From: the human T2T-CHM13v2.0 reference genome, Homo sapiens
Direction: 5' to 3' (one strand)
DNA length: 64,000 nucleotides
Assembly (NCBI RefSeq): GCF_009914755.1
Contig: NC_060926.1
Below the pieces are notes generated by a model that saw only the letters and a list, made by a program, of their open reading frames with translations, had not been told where the DNA came from and searched no databases. Of the stretch, positions 40,772-56,545 are shown piece after piece. Made by a program: the position numbers and the translations under genes. Position 1 is the first letter of the stretch; each line of letters starts with the position of its first letter.

Positions 40772-42655
40772 TTTAATTAGATCCCATTTGTCAGTTTTTG
40801 CTTTTGTTATTGTTGTTTTTGGTGTCTTTGTCATGAAATCTTTGCTAGTTCCTATGTACAGAATGGTATTGCCTAGGTTGTCTTCCAGGGTTTTTATAAT
40901 TTTGGGTTTTACATTTAAGTTTTTAATTCATCTTGAGTTGATTTTTGTATATGGTGTATATGTAGTCTTCTACATATGGCTAGCGAGTTATCCCAGCACC
41001 ATTTATTGAATAAGGAGTCCTTTCCCCATTGCTGGTTTTTGTCAGTTTTGTCGAAGATCAGATGGTTATAGGCGTGCAGGCTTATTTCTGGGCTCTTTAT
41101 CCTGTTTCATTGGTCTGTGTGTCTCTTTGTACCAGTACCAGGTGGCTGTGGTTACTGTAGCCCTGTAGTATAGTTTGACGTGATGCTTCCAGCTTTGTTC
41201 TTTTTGCATACAATTGCCTTGGCTATGTAGGCTCTTTTTTGATTCCATATAAATTTTAAAATAGTTTTTCTTTCCAGTTCTGTGAAGAATATCATTGATA
41301 GTTTGATAGGAATAGCACTGACTCTGTAAATTGCTTTGGACAGTATGGCCATTTTAATGATATTGATTCTTCCTATCCATGAGCATGGAATGTTTTTCCA
41401 TTTGTTTGTGTCATCTCTGATTCCTTTGAGCAGTGTTTTGTAATTCTCATTGTAGAGATCTTTCACCTCCCTGGTTAGCTGTATTCCTAGGTGTTTTATT
41501 CTTTTGTGGCAATTGTGAATGAAATTGCATTCCTGATTTGGCTCTCAGCTTGGCTGTTGCTGATGTATAGAAATGCCAGTGATTTTTGTACATTGATTTT
41601 ATATCATGAAACTTTGCTGAAGTTGTTTATCAGCTGGGATCTAATGAAACTTAAGAGCTTCTGCACAGCAAAAGAAACTACCAACAGAGTAAACAACAAT
41701 GATCTACAGTATGGGAGAAAATATTTGCAAACTATACATCTGATAAAGATCTAATATTCAGCATCTATAAGGAATTTAAATTTACAAGAAAAAAGCAACC
41801 CCATTAAAAAGTGGGCAAAGGACATGAACAGACACTTTTCAAAAGAAGACATACATGTGGCCAACAAGTGTATAAAAAAAGCTCAATATCACTGATCATT
41901 AGAGAAATGAAAATCAAAACCACAACGAGATACTATCTCACACCAGTCAAAATAGCTACTATTAAAAAGTCAAAAAATAACAGATGCTGGTGTGGTTGTG
42001 GAGAAAAGGGAATTCTTATACACTGTTAGTGGGAGTGTAAATTAGTTCAACCATTGTGGAAAGCAGTATGGCAGTTCCTTAAAGAGCTAAAAACAAAACT
42101 ACCATTCGACCCAGCAATCTCATTACTGGGTATATACCCAAAGGAATATAAATTCTTCTACTATAAAGACACATGCACACATATGTTTATTGCAGCACTA
42201 TTCATAATAGCAAAGACATGGAATCAACCTAAATGCCCATCAGTGGCAGATCAGATAAAGAAAATGTGATACATATATACCATGGAATACTATGCTGCCT
42301 TAAAAAAAACCAGATCATGTGCTTTGCAGAAATATGAATGGAGCTGGGGGCCACTATCCTTAGTAAATTCACGCAGAAACAGAAAACCAAATACCTCATG
42401 TTCTCACTTATAAGGAGGAGCTAAATGATGAGAACACACGGACACAAAGAGGGGAGCAACAGACATTGGGACCTATTTGAGGGTGGAGTGTGGCAGGAAG
42501 GCGAGGATCAGAAGAAATAACTTTTGGGTACTAGGCTTAGTACTTGGGTGATGAAATAATCTGTACAGCAAACCCCCATGACACAAGTTTACCTAGGTAA
42601 CAAACTTATACATATACTCCTGAACCGAAAATAAAAGTTAAAAGAAAAAAGAAAG
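40772..42655 (+). mobile_element. Older L1PA (PA13-16-like) insertion with 5' inversion (minus ~40772-41634, plus ~41635-42655)
   Basis: ORF2 fragments on both strands ([14 protein letters not shown] minus; KLPFDPAISLLGIYPK plus), 3'UTR and A tail. Confidence 0.92.
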
Positions 42656-43040
42656 ACCCATCTGTATAGTGCTCTCTCTCTCTTTCTCTTACTTGGTTTA
42701 TTCTCTTCCTTATCCATTGCATGCATTAACCCTTTAGAACTTCCGGTGTTCTGGGGACCCTGAAAGATCAGCTAGCAGGATTATTGCGGGGCTCAGTGCA
42801 GTGATGCAGAGGCCTCCACCAGCAATCCTGAAGTTGAAAGAGAATATCCACCTCCCTTATGCATAAGGGATAGATTTGGGGGTGGCATTGAAGGTCTTTC
42901 TCTCATTTTGCTGGCAGCTGTAGCAATGCATTGATTAGCAGGAGAGGTTTTCTCTCTAATGAGCCAGAAACTAACACTTGTGGAGTTCCTGCTATACACC
43001 AGCACTGTGCAGGGTGCTTTACATTTAAAAAATAAATCTG

Positions 43041-43400
<360 letters not shown>

Positions 43401-44226
43401 TTATCTCCATTTTATAGCTGAGAAAAAAATGAGGCACAATGAAACAAAAGCACTTGCATAGCACACAATATAGGAAGGAGTGGAGTGAGAATCTAAAGTC
43501 AAGTTTACAGCATGCTGTTTTCAAGGCAAAACTACTTTTGATTTAAAATCATATTCTTTTCTCTCCCCAATCTCCTCCAGCTAGCGTTTCATCCGTGTGG
43601 ATTTGTCAGGAGACAAGGAAAATCAAATTTCCAGCAATGCGTATCTAGTGTTTAACAATCACATCATTACACATGAAAAAAATTTGAAGCTTGTCAGATC
43701 ACCATTGTATGAAATATTTCCCACTTGGGACCATACAGCTCTGTATTTTTCTGATCAGTTACAATTTTTAGGATCTAGTCTTTATCCCAGAGACCCAGAT
43801 CTGTGTATTCTGTATTCTTTTGTACCCTGTGTTATTGCTTCACCAAGAGTATACTCCAGGTGATTTTTTTGTGTGTCCTTAATTTTGTCATTTTGTGGTC
43901 ATTAATAACATCAGTTAACAATAATATTATTATACTGTCCACTACAATGTGCGTTTGTGAGCACTGGCAACAATTTAGCAGAACAGAATGAGTTAGATTC
44001 CCAATTGTGGTAGATCACGTGTAGTAGCGAACAGAGCACAGAAACTCCGGATCCTAATTCTTGATTTCCTGGCAGTGATACCTTCCCATTCCATTACATA
44101 AGGTATAAGTGGCAGAAGATCAGGGAGAACCACAGGGCTGTAAGATATTTTATAAGTTGTTAAATAAGGGGACACTGCTTTATTTGGGGCATGTCACTCA
44201 ATCTCTTCAACATTGTGTTAGGTAGG

Positions 44227-44586
44227 TATCATGAACTAAATTGTGGCCACCCAAAACTCATACCTCGAACCCCGGGTACCTCAGAACATAATTGTATTTG
44301 GATATGGAGTCTTTAAAGAGGTAATTAAGTTAAAATGAGGTTGTTAGAGAGGGCTGTAATCTAATATGACTGGTATCCTTATAAGAAGATTGAAAACACA
44401 GATGTGCACAGAGCAAAGACCACGTGAAGACACAAAGAAAACAGCCATCTGCAACTCAAGAAGAGAGTCCCAGAGCACATTGTGATCTCTGACTTCTGGC
44501 CTCCAGAATTGTGAGACAATGAATTTATATCGTTTAAGCCACCAGTCTGTTGTACTTTGTTATGGCAGCCTGAATGGGCCAATACA
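44227..44586 (+). mobile_element. MLT1B-like MaLR solo LTR
   Basis: gtctttaaagaggtaattaagttaaaatgagg...gacttctggcctccagaattgtgagacaat...ttgttatggcagcc...aataca. Confidence 0.85.
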
Positions 44587-44587
44587 G

Positions 44588-44990
44588 TGAGGTTCCCTGG
44601 AAGACTTTCAGATGGGGACTTGCATGCAAGAAGTTTAACAGGGAGAGCTCTCAAGAGCAACCCCCGGAGGGAGAGAGGGAGGAAAGGAAAATTGGGCAGA
44701 GAGAGAAGCTGACCTCTGATGCAGCTGCTACAAGGTTCTCAGCTGATCCTAGGGTTCTCAGCTGATCCTACAGGGTGTTCTGGAGCTGGGATGGCCCCGT
44801 AGAGTTGCCTGGAATCAAGGCAGGGCCCAGGGAGGGAGATAACCTTGGCAAAGGCAGCTTCCTTCAGCGGGGGAATTCCCAGTGAGGGACTCAATTGTGG
44901 CTGTTTGCAGTGGGCACTGGACAGCTGGGGAGTGAGTTTCTCCGCCCTGACGAGGGGTCTGGGTGACATCTCACAGCATCCATCGCAGAC
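44588..44990 (-). mobile_element. LTR16-like ERVL LTR remnant
   Basis: ggttccctggaag...attgggcagagagagaag...ttctggagctgggatggccc resembles the LTR16 family; contains an 18-bp tandem duplication. Confidence 0.55.
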
Positions 44991-46064
44991 CTGCAGCTCC
45001 TAGTCTGCAGACCAGGATAAGCACAATGCCTGTGGTGCATTTCCCCGCAGGCGGCTGTGAGGAGCTAATGAGATAATGGATATGAAAATGCTCTGCAAAC
45101 TGTGAAGACTATCAATATGCTGTTATGCATCATTCTCTGTTATTTGTTGCTATCCTGTCCTTTCACCTTCCCCAGGCCGGAATGATCACATTTTCTCTTT
45201 CCCTAGCTTTATTCCTGGGTCACTAGCACAGGGAAAAAATAAGAAGAAAAATCAGAGTGGAATTCTAAAAAACAAAGGTCCTGTGCTTTTCTGCCTAAAA
45301 TATGTACAATCCTCAGTTGGCACTGTCAGGAATGGGGACCGCCCTCATGGAGAAGTGGCACTTCCACTCCTAGCCAGCCTCTGTGTGAGCTGGACTCTAA
45401 GGTCAGGAGAATGAGGAGGCCGTGAAGGTCTTGGCCGTCTCTTTTTCCCCTCATCTCTACTGAGACATAGATCGAGACAGGGACCCATAAATCACCTTGG
45501 AGTTAAATCAGGGGAAAAAAGAAAAGCCCTCTCAGGCAACAGCATTTCACAGCAGCAACAGGAAGTTGTAGGGAAAAGAGAAAAGTCAAAACTCAAGTGA
45601 AAATCTGAGTCATGGTTCAGAGAGGCCACAAATACCTTTCTTATGGAGAGTCAGAAGAGGGAACACAGAGAAAACTGAGAGGTTTTTTTTTTGTTTGTTT
45701 GTTTTGAACTTTTTAAAGGAGAATTTGTTTTTAATCCTGTGAAGCTAGTAAACATCTCTTTAAAGAATGTGTGTGGTCACACAAGTTGAAGGGCTAGAAA
45801 ATTACCTCCTCACAGCCCAGATGGTTTTAAGTGGGAACAGATAGGAAGGAGCGTGAGTTAAAGCTCCCACCCACACTACAGGACCCTGCTGTTCCAGCCG
45901 CTTTCCTCTGCCACTAGCTCAGGAAGAGCGAGGGCTGCCTCTCAGACACAGGGAGTTCCTGCAGGCTGACTTCAGGCACTCCAGAATGAGGTGTCCGTAT
46001 TTTCCTAAGTGCTGAGGGTCACCCTACCTCCTCCTCTTTTATTAAGATTCTCTGAACCACTCAG

Positions 46065-47017
<953 letters not shown>

Positions 47018-47704
47018 GAATGACAAAACAACAGACATGGGGACTTCTGGCAAACAATAAACCACAAATGAACAGAGAGAGATTAGAAAATAAATCTAAT
47101 CACAGCAGAGGAGGAGGGGAGAAAATAGCTTCTCTTCCCAGAAACACAGGAGAGACAGAAAGCAGGCTGCCCTGTTCTGCGCCTGCTCCATTCTCCAGTA
47201 ACATACCGTCCTGGTGTAGTGAGACTTTTCGCATTATAGGGCCCAACTAGAGATCCAGTCATTTTTACTTACGCTGTGAGCCAAGATTCTGAGTAAATGG
47301 GTTTATCTTGATTGCAGTTAAAGTATCTGGTTGGGCACATCCTAACATGAATATTATACCAACAATAAAAATCGTGGAAATGTGGGGAAATGTCCACGAT
47401 ATGTTCATAACTTAAAGTAGGTTAGCAGTGCATTGTCAACGTAAATAAAACAGTATATTGAGTGTGATTCCAATATTGAAAAACAAAATAAAGAGCACTA
47501 AATCTGCCAAGTTCAAAGACCAGAGTGCCAGATGCAAAATGTTTAATGTTTCTTTCTGTGATGGGATTATTTTTTTCTTTATATTTTTCTGTATTTCCTG
47601 ATTTTTTTCTACAATAATCATGTTTCTACTGTAATCTGAGATATAAAACATTAGAAAATTTGGTCAGATGAGTTGTTCCAGGATTGTGATTATTTCTCCA
47701 CAAA

Positions 47705-48028
47705 CAGATGCTCCTCAACTGATAATGGGATTTTGTTCCTATAAGCCCATCATAAGTTGAAAATACCGTATGTCAAAAATGCACTTCATACACCTGACCT
47801 ACTGAACATCATAGCTTAGCCTCGCCTACCTTAAACATGCTCAGAACACTTAGATTAGCCTACAGTTGAGCAAAATCATCTTATGTAATTTATTGGCTAC
47901 CATACCGAAAGTGAAAATCGAATGGTTGTGTTGTTCGTTGAAGTATGGTTTCTACAAATACATATTGCCTTTGTGCCATCATAAAGTCAAGAAATTGTTA
48001 AGTCAAATCATGAGTGAGGGATCATCTG
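47705..48028 (+). mobile_element. MER47A-like Tigger MITE
   Basis: cagatgctcctcaact...catcatagcttagcctcgcctaccttaaacatgctcagaacactt...atcatctg-TA. Confidence 0.85.
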
Positions 48029-50083
48029 TACATTCATACACACACGGTATGAATACATGGGGGTGTGTGTGTGCATGTGTCTATGCATGTAAATGTGTGT
48101 TTCAAAGCTCTGGGGTCCTTCTTCCTTCCCAGCTAGGAGCCCCTTTTCCTCTGCTGAGCTCTCGAATCTTGCATAATTGCTCACCACATTTCTGAAAAGA
48201 CAATCTCTTGGTACAGCACCCCCAGCCTTCTACCAAGGGATTCCAGCAGATGTTCACTCCCAGCTCAGCTTGGATAGGGCCACCAAGGAGCCTGCCTTTG
48301 GTCTCCACAGTCACTTCCTGAAGTAAGATTGAAGAGGGTGGGAGCACCATGGTTTGTTGACCTCCAGCTCTGCTTGTATCTCCTTTGGCAGAAGGGGTCC
48401 CAGGTGGTGCCTACATTCTAGATTTTAGAGAGGACACCACCTCCAGAGAGCTGAACCCAAAAACTGATGAGCTCCAAAGACGTGAAAAAGGACAGACCCT
48501 GCCAGACGAGCACCCTTAGGTTGTTGGCACGGAACTGAGGGAGGAAACTGGGACTACCCGCCTGATGTTGCAGCTTTTTTATTCTCCCCTCGTCACTGTG
48601 AGAGGTCTGGACTTCTTCTGACATAAACAGCCTCCTTTCATCAAAGGATCGTGCCATCCTTTCTATTTTCTAAGCATTAAAAGGCAGTTTAAGCAGATCA
48701 GTGAATTAGGCAAACGTTTATATTCTCCCTTGCCCTTTTCTTTTTGCATCTGGTAGAATTTCTCCTGTTCTATTGTTGATCTCTTTGTAAAAGCCCGTAC
48801 ATTCTTAGCTGCCAGGGCATGTCTTTGGAAGCATTACCACATACCTGTGAATGATTAATAAGCTGTGTTTGGTTAATAAGCAACATTCAGCTCTCATATT
48901 AATCACAGATTTTTAAAGTTAGACACAGCTGGTGACAATTTAGTGACACAGGGTCAGCTTAGCTTTTCTTGAGCATTAGCTGGGAGGAGAGGCTGAACGC
49001 TGCCAGATGTCACCAACCAAAAAAAAAAAAACCTAACTGGGTCCTCAGAGAGGACCTGGGGGATGCAAGTGCACACACACACAAGAGCAAGAGATCCCTG
49101 TTCTTTTCAAGAACTCCTTTTCTGGAGGACTGTCACCTCCAGAGACCCCATGCTTCCTCCTCATGGTTATAACTTTCCCCAACTCTTCAAGTGTCTAGAG
49201 AAAGCACATTTTCTGAACCAAAAATCAGGGTTTATTGATTGGCCATGAGTCTCAAATTAAGAATGCCCTGGAAAAACTGGAGAAAATATTGAGGCATTAG
49301 CGGCATTCTGCATAGGCTATATTTGTTCAGCCACATTGAATAACTTACTCTATGCTTAGTACCTCCAGAGAGTGGGGTTACAAAGAAGAATACCCCCTGT
49401 CTAGTGGGCCTTCACTGGTGTGTGAGGCTCCTCTGGGCAGGAACTCAATTCTGACTTGTGCAGGTTGCAAGTGGAGGGTCGGCCGTGCTCAGCTGGGCTG
49501 ATGGTTTCCCCTATTCGAGCCCTTCCTGGCACAGTGTGTCTCCTCTGATTTCTCGTTCCCAGAGCCTTTCCTCAAGTAGGGATTGCAGTTCTTGCTCTCA
49601 GTTCCTTCAGCTAGAGAAGCGAGGTCCTTTCACTGGCCCTCTTCAGATCCTGTTCTTGAGCTCAGTCCAACAGGACACCTGGCTTCTCTGTTCACATAGG
49701 ATCTTCTTTGGGCCAGGCCAAACTTTCCTCTTCCATCTCTCAAATTGGCCCTTCCCTCTCTCAAGAACTGGCTACTTCTCATGGCCCTCTTCTTCATCTC
49801 TTCATTACTCCCAGTCTGACAGTGGCTTTGCAAAAATCTTTCACATTTCTCCTCACCATGGTCTCTCTATCGTAAATGAAGATCCAGAAACGTCTTAATT
49901 TATCTTTAATGGATAATATAGAGGGTGATTCCTGTCTTCAATCAAAGAGAAAGAGGTATAAGGACAATACACCCAGGCCATTTCACCTACAAATGCTGAC
50001 CTTACAAAAGACCAGTGGGTGGGGACAGGTGAGTGAAGGTCCTAACCCAGGGCTTCTCTGTGCTGGGAAGTCACAGTTTTTCT

Positions 50084-51938
50084 TTTCTTTTCTTTTCTGT
50101 CTTTTACTTTAAGTTCTGGGATACATGTGCAGAAAATGCAGGTTTGTTACGTAGGTAAACATGTGCCGTGGTGGTTTGCTGCACCTATCTACCTGTCATC
50201 TAGGTTTTAAGCCCCGCATGCATTAGGTATTTTTTCTAATGCTCTCCCTTCCCTTGGCCCCCACTTCCCGACTGGCCCCAGTGTGTGATGTTCCCCTCCC
50301 TGTGTCCATGTGTTCTCATTGTTCAACTCCAACTTATAAGTGAGAACATGAAGTGTTTGGTTTTCTGTTCCTGTGGTAGTTTGCTGAGAATGATGGCTTC
50401 CGGTTTCATCCATGTCCCTGCAAAGAACACGAATTCTTTTTTATGGCTGCATAGTATTCCATGATGTATATATGGCACATTTTCTTTATGCAGTCTATCA
50501 TTGATGGCTATTTGGGTCGGTTCCAAGTCTTTGCTATTGTAAATAGTGCTGCAACAAACATACATGTCCTTGTGTCATTATAGTAGAATGATTTATAATC
50601 CTTTGGGTATATACCCATTAATGGGATTGCTGGGTCAAATGGTATTTCTGATTTTAGATCCTTAAGGAATTGCCACACTGTCTTCCACAACAGAACTAAT
50701 TTACACTCCCACCAACAGTGTAAAAGCGTTCCTATTTCTCCACAGCCTCGCCAGCATCTGTTGTTTCCTGACTTTTTAATAATCACCATTCTAACTAACG
50801 TGAGATGGTGTCTCATTGTGGTTTTGATTTGCATTTCTCTAATGACCAGTGATGATGAGCTTTTTTTCATATGTTTGTTGGCCACATAAATGTCTTCTTT
50901 TGAGAAGTGTCTGTTCATATCCTTTGCCCACTTTTTGATGGGGTTGTTTTTTTCTTGTAAATTTGTTTAAGTTCCTTGTGGATTCTGGATATTAGCTCTT
51001 TGTCAGATGGATAGATTGCAAACATTTTCCCCCATTCTGTAGGTTGCCTGTTCATTCTGATGATAGTTTCTTTTGCTGTGCAGAAGCTCTTTAGTTTGAT
51101 TAGATCCCATTTGTCAATTTTGGCTTTTGTTGCAATTGCTTTTGGTGTTTTAGTCATGAAGTCTTTGCCCATGCCTATGTCCTAAGTGGTATTGCCTTGG
51201 TTTTCCTCTAGGGCTTTTATGGTTTTGGGTTTTACATTTAAGACTTTAATCCATCTTGAGTTAATTTTTGTATAAGGAGGGGGTCCAGTTTCTGTTTTCT
51301 GCATATGGCTAGCCAGTTTTCCCAGCACCGTTTATTAAATAGGGAGTCCTTTCCCCACTGCTTGTTTTTGTCAAGTTTGTTGAATAGCAGATGGTTGTAG
51401 ATGTGTGGTGTTATTTCTGAGGTCTCTGTTCTGTTCTATTGGTCTATATATCTGTTTTGGTATCAGTACCATGCTGTTTTGGTTACTGTAGCCTTGTAGT
51501 ATAGTTTGAAGTCAGGTAGCATGATGCCTCCATCTTTAATCTTTTTGCTTAGAACTGTCTTGGCTATACAGGCTCCTTTTTGGTTCCATATGAAATTTAA
51601 AGTAGTTTTTTCTAATTCTGTAAAGAAAGTCACTGGTAGCTTGATGAGAATAGCATTGAATCTATAAATTACTTTGGCCATTTTCATGATATTGATTCTT
51701 CCTATCCATGAGCATGGAATGTTTTTCCATTTGTTTATGTCCTCTCTTATTCCCTTGAACAGTGGTTTATAGTTCTCCTTGAAGAGGTCCTTCACATCCC
51801 TTGTAAGTTGTATTCCTAGGTATTTTATTATCTTTGTAGCAATTGTGAATGAGATTCACTCATGATTTGGCTCTCTGCTTGTCTATTGCTGGTGTATAGG
51901 AATGCTTGGGATTTTTGCACATTGATTTTGTATCCTGA
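50084..51938 (-). mobile_element. 5'-truncated L1PA (PA7/8-like)
   Basis: Several ORF2 C-terminal fragments plus 3'UTR; TSD ggaagtca(c/t)agtttttct at 50066-50083 and 51939-51956. Confidence 0.95.
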
Positions 51939-53734
51939 GGAAGTCATAGTTTTTCTATGTGCAGTTCCAAAGCCCCTGAAGAATGATTAAAGAGCAAATT
52001 ACTTTCTCTTTTGAAGATTAAAAAGAGACTCCTTTTTAGCAAGATCAGAGTTAACAAATTACTGGCCCCATGCCCTTTCCTACCCATGTGGAGTCCTCGC
52101 CTTGCATCAAAAAGGGAAGCTAACCTGCAACAAGGGAGCAGCCACTGCCAGGAAGAAATGCCTTTGTGCCTTCCCTCTTCTTGCCCTGCTGCCTTCTTCC
52201 CAAGTCAGCACTCCTCTCTTCCCTTTCCACATGCTTCCTCTTTCCCCTCTTAGGAAAAAAATATAATATTGGATCGGCTGTGTGTCAAGCATCTGAGGTT
52301 CTAACCATAGCTCCATTACTACCAGTCCGTGTGACTTGGGGAATGCTGCTTACCTTCTTTGAGACCCAGTTTCTTCATTACAAGATAAAGAGCTTGCTAG
52401 GTGAGCTCTGTGACTTCTTTCTACTTAAACATTTTGTGATTCTGCGTTCTTAGACTTTGTAATAATTCTCTCTTAAGGTATTTGTACATTAAGTTTTACA
52501 TGTCATTGTGGAATGAACAGATTTATCTCTAGTTACAGAATCCCAAACTTCAGCAGAAGGTGCAGGGAGAACCAAAGAGGTGAGGGATAAAGAAAGGGGC
52601 TCCGCCAAACCATATCTCTCATCTTGTTCTTGAATTACCAGCCCTCTGGCAGTCAACTTTCTTAACTGGCTTCCTTCTGGAGCCCAGATTTGTTTTTCCT
52701 TGCTCTCTTAATCTCTGTTCACTATTTTCTATAGAAATTACTTTAGAGAGAAACCCTCTTCCAATTGTATTTAAATCCACCCCCCAAATATAATTTATTC
52801 TCTTATGAAGCTTTGAAATGGAAAATTTTCCCCAGAAGTAACCAGGCATTGTGCAAAGTCGCATCCATTTTGAACACCAAAGCAGCTGTAACAAATAAGA
52901 GATGACAAATGCCATTGTGTAATTTAGTTCTTCATATCAGTTTGTCATTCTGACTCCTTTCTATTTAACTGGATGCTTTGTCAGACTTTGTAATCTAACC
53001 ATGTGAAGGGCAGTGAATAAAGGATTAACGAAACCCTTTCCAGTTTTGCATGAGCATTTGATTTTTGGCTAACTTCCTAGCTCTGTTCCCATGGAAACCT
53101 GATAAAGGAAAGTACAAGTGGGCCCTGATTGGTAAATCCTATCTGGATTGGGACAACTATAAATACCAGAGAAGAAGCCATATTTTCGAGTTTCCCTAAG
53201 TGCAGTGACCCTTGTAACTGGCATGACCTTGAGAAGACCATGAAAGTTATGGCCATGGAGTTCCTCCAAGAGATATTAGCTGCTGTGAAATACAGGGCCT
53301 CTCATATAGTGTGGCCTCCACACCCCACTGATGTGAGTCTCATTTCTTCACAACTCAGTCCACATGGGGGCCAAAGAGAATAGCTTCTGCCCACTGTGTG
53401 GATGGCTTTGTGGTCTGCTGCGAGGTCCCGCAGAAGAGGAAGTCTGGATGTGCCCTACTGACATGCTCTGCCTCCTGGCCTATGAATCTTCTGGGTCAAC
53501 TGCTGTCTAGAGTGGGCCTTGGCAGTCTTGTGAGTTTGCAGGTTTAATAGAGCCTTATGAGACCTCCTGGTGGGTCTTGTGGATGGAGGTTTTCACTTTT
53601 ACTGGTTTGAATGAGTGCATTTGCCTGTGAAGCTGTGAGCATGAGACAATGTCCAGTCTTATGGTTTTTACTAATTGCCAGTTTTTCTTTACAAATTAAA
53701 AAATAATTTTGTAATGAAAATTGGCAGGTCCCAC

Positions 53735-54055
53735 TTGAGAATATTATACTAAGTGAAATAAGCCAGTGACAAAAAGACAAATACTTTTTTCCACTTCTCT
53801 GAGGCACTCATATTCATAGACATGGGAAGTAGAATACTGTTTGCCAGGGGCTGGGAGAGGAGGTAACGGAAAGTTGCCGTTTAATGGATGCAGAGTTCCA
53901 CCTTTGCAAGATGGAAAGAGTTCTGGAGACTGGTTGGACAACAACATGAATGCACTTAACACTACCGATTGTGCACTTGGTTTAAAAACTGCACATTTGT
54001 AAAATGGTTAACGTGGCAAACTTTATGTTATATGTATTTTACCATAATTTAAAAA
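53735..54055 (+). mobile_element. L1MB-type 3' end
   Basis: tatactaagtgaaataagccag...gagttctggaga...aaaatggttaa...ttatgttatatgtattttacca. Confidence 0.8.
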
Positions 54056-56019
54056 TTTTTTTTAATTGACAGTTTCCTCTAAATATCACACTTAAATCAT
54101 GTTTTCAATACACAGACTAATTCTAAGTGTTTCCAAATTTCCTTCTAAGTAATATAGGAAGATTTTGTGTTACTTTTCCAATTTCATCCTGCAACCACGG
54201 TTAAAAATCACTACTATTCACTTCTTACCATTTGATCTGTTGACAGTTTCAGCCATCAGTCACTGCCGGCTCCCACTTCATTTAGTTACCATGTCCCTCA
54301 CTAACACAAGATCGCCGTCTAGGGGCCAATCGTAGAACTACAGGCTACACAGAGGAGAAGGGAGCCAGGCCACCTTTCCCATGCATCCCACTCCTTGAAC
54401 AGAAAGAGCAACTAAAAAGGGAGGCAGGAGTTCTAAGCACCATCTTTTTTTCACCAGTACAGTTTCCAAGATCTTGCTGCTATGAAAATAAAGATCTCCT
54501 AATATTTATAGTACTTGAGGTTAGAATAGTCTTCTAGGTAGAGTACTAATATCTTGCTGATAAAGCTTTTGATGCTGAATCCTTGGTTATTCTCTTAATA
54601 TAATATCTTCTGTGCGAATAAGGCTAAAATGCTTGCATACACTCTTGTACTCACTTAGGAATGTAATAGAGCAGTTTGGGAGAGTGACTGAATGCTTCTG
54701 CTTTGGGCAAATTTGCCACAAAATCATATTATGCAATCACAGGGTCACAGAACATTAGAACTTAAAGAGCTTTAGAGGCCCGTGGTCTCTAGCAGATCCC
54801 TTTGAGAGTCTGATAAAAATTAGAGGTTTACGTACCATAAAATGCTATTTTGCACAAAGCTTTGAATACCATTTTAAAATTTCATCATAGATGAAGAATT
54901 CCAGCTTGAATCCCACCCCATAATTTGGAAGTGAAGTTTCTGAGAAGCATCCTGTGTGAAGAAGCAGCTAAACAGAGGGGAATGGGAGTCAGAACTGGAT
55001 GTTGGAAAGAGATGTGATCCCACAGACAGTGTAATGCTGGGTTGGAACCAGCCCTGGTCAAACCCATTCCCCCGAGTGCACATGTGTTCCAGGGAGAAGC
55101 TTGCTGGGGAAGAGAGCAGCAATTTGCCCACCAGAGGCCCAGATCTCCTGGGAGAAATCAGCTGCCATGGAACAGGAGTTTTTCTTCATGCTAGAAAGGG
55201 AAAAGAACATGAATAAGTGGCAATCCAGGGACAGCCAGAAGGAACCTGGACAATGGCTCACCGGCTGAGCAGAGATAGAGTTGCACTGGGTGGGGGGGGC
55301 GGGGGTGGGGGGCAGTTGACAGCAGCCTGGATTGTGAGCAAGGAGTACGAAGAAATAATAATTGAAGTAGCAGAAGGTAGCAAGGGGTGCAGACCAAGAG
55401 CACAGGCACTGCAGAGAGAAGTCTGGATTATTTGTGAGGACTTTCCCTAGGGACTTCTAGAAAGAAATCACTAGTGAGGTCTAAAAGAAGACTGGACTTC
55501 CAGTGTGGTGATAGGAACATTGCTCTTTGAGTTCTTACTACAAATGAGGAACTTTGATTTGCCAGGAAACAAAGGGTTCAAAGAACCAATTGTGATATAT
55601 TTTGGCTTAAATCCCCCCCACTGAAATATGACAGGAGTCAAATTGGGGTACCAGGTAAGTCTTGTGAAGGTGCTGCCTGGGGAGTACCCAGCTGTCTGGC
55701 ACTTTCATAATATCTTTCTGAACCTCAGTTTCCTCATCTACAAAATGGGATTAGGACTTGTTGAGCATCAAGGTTCCTTCCGACTTGAAAAATCTTCTGA
55801 TTCTATGACCAAACTGGAAGGCCTGGGTTGGGCTCTCTCAGTTCTGCAGATTTAAATGAGTCATTTCTGAACTGTTGGCTTAAGGCCTATCCTTTTCACT
55901 CAAATATTCCCTTGAGGCATCATTTTTTTTTTTTTTTCAAAATTGGGAAAGCGAAGGATACAAGAAGTTGGAAGGAAAGCCCATGAAAGAAAAAAACATT
56001 TACTATAATTAAGAAAGAA

Positions 56020-56545
56020 AATTAAACAGATGATGATCAGAACTGCGGTTATAAATTAAAGTTAACTGATTCCAAGAGTGTACGCCATCAGAATTCGCCC
56101 TCATAACTGGAAATTTAGAGGCAGGGCAAGCTTCAAGTTTGCCTAATTCAGCAGTTCCAATCCCATTTCCTTGGGATTCTCAGCTCTGCCTCATCTGTGT
56201 TCAGTTTAATTCTCAGGCTGGGGATAACATGGCTATTGCAATAATAGGGCCAAGCTTGACAACATCCAGAGGGAGAGACTCTCTTTTCCTATGGCTCTCT
56301 CTTAAAGGTGGAGAATTTTCCAGAAGCCCCAGCAAACTTCCCCATAAATCTTATTAAACCTAATTGGTCCATATGCCTATTCCTGAACCTCTCACTGGCA
56401 GGGGGATGAGATTATACTTAGACAATTTAGGCCTAACCTGGAAGTACAAAGACTGCAATGGGGAAGGGGTGAATATTTGAAAAAAATCAGGGTTTGTTGG
56501 AATGAAGTGAAGAATGGCTGCTGGGCAGACAGTCAGCGGTATCTT
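56020..56545 (-). mobile_element. Ancient MLT1-type LTR remnant
   Basis: ttttccagaagccccagcaaacttcccc...cctgaacctctcactggcagggggatg. Confidence 0.55.
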
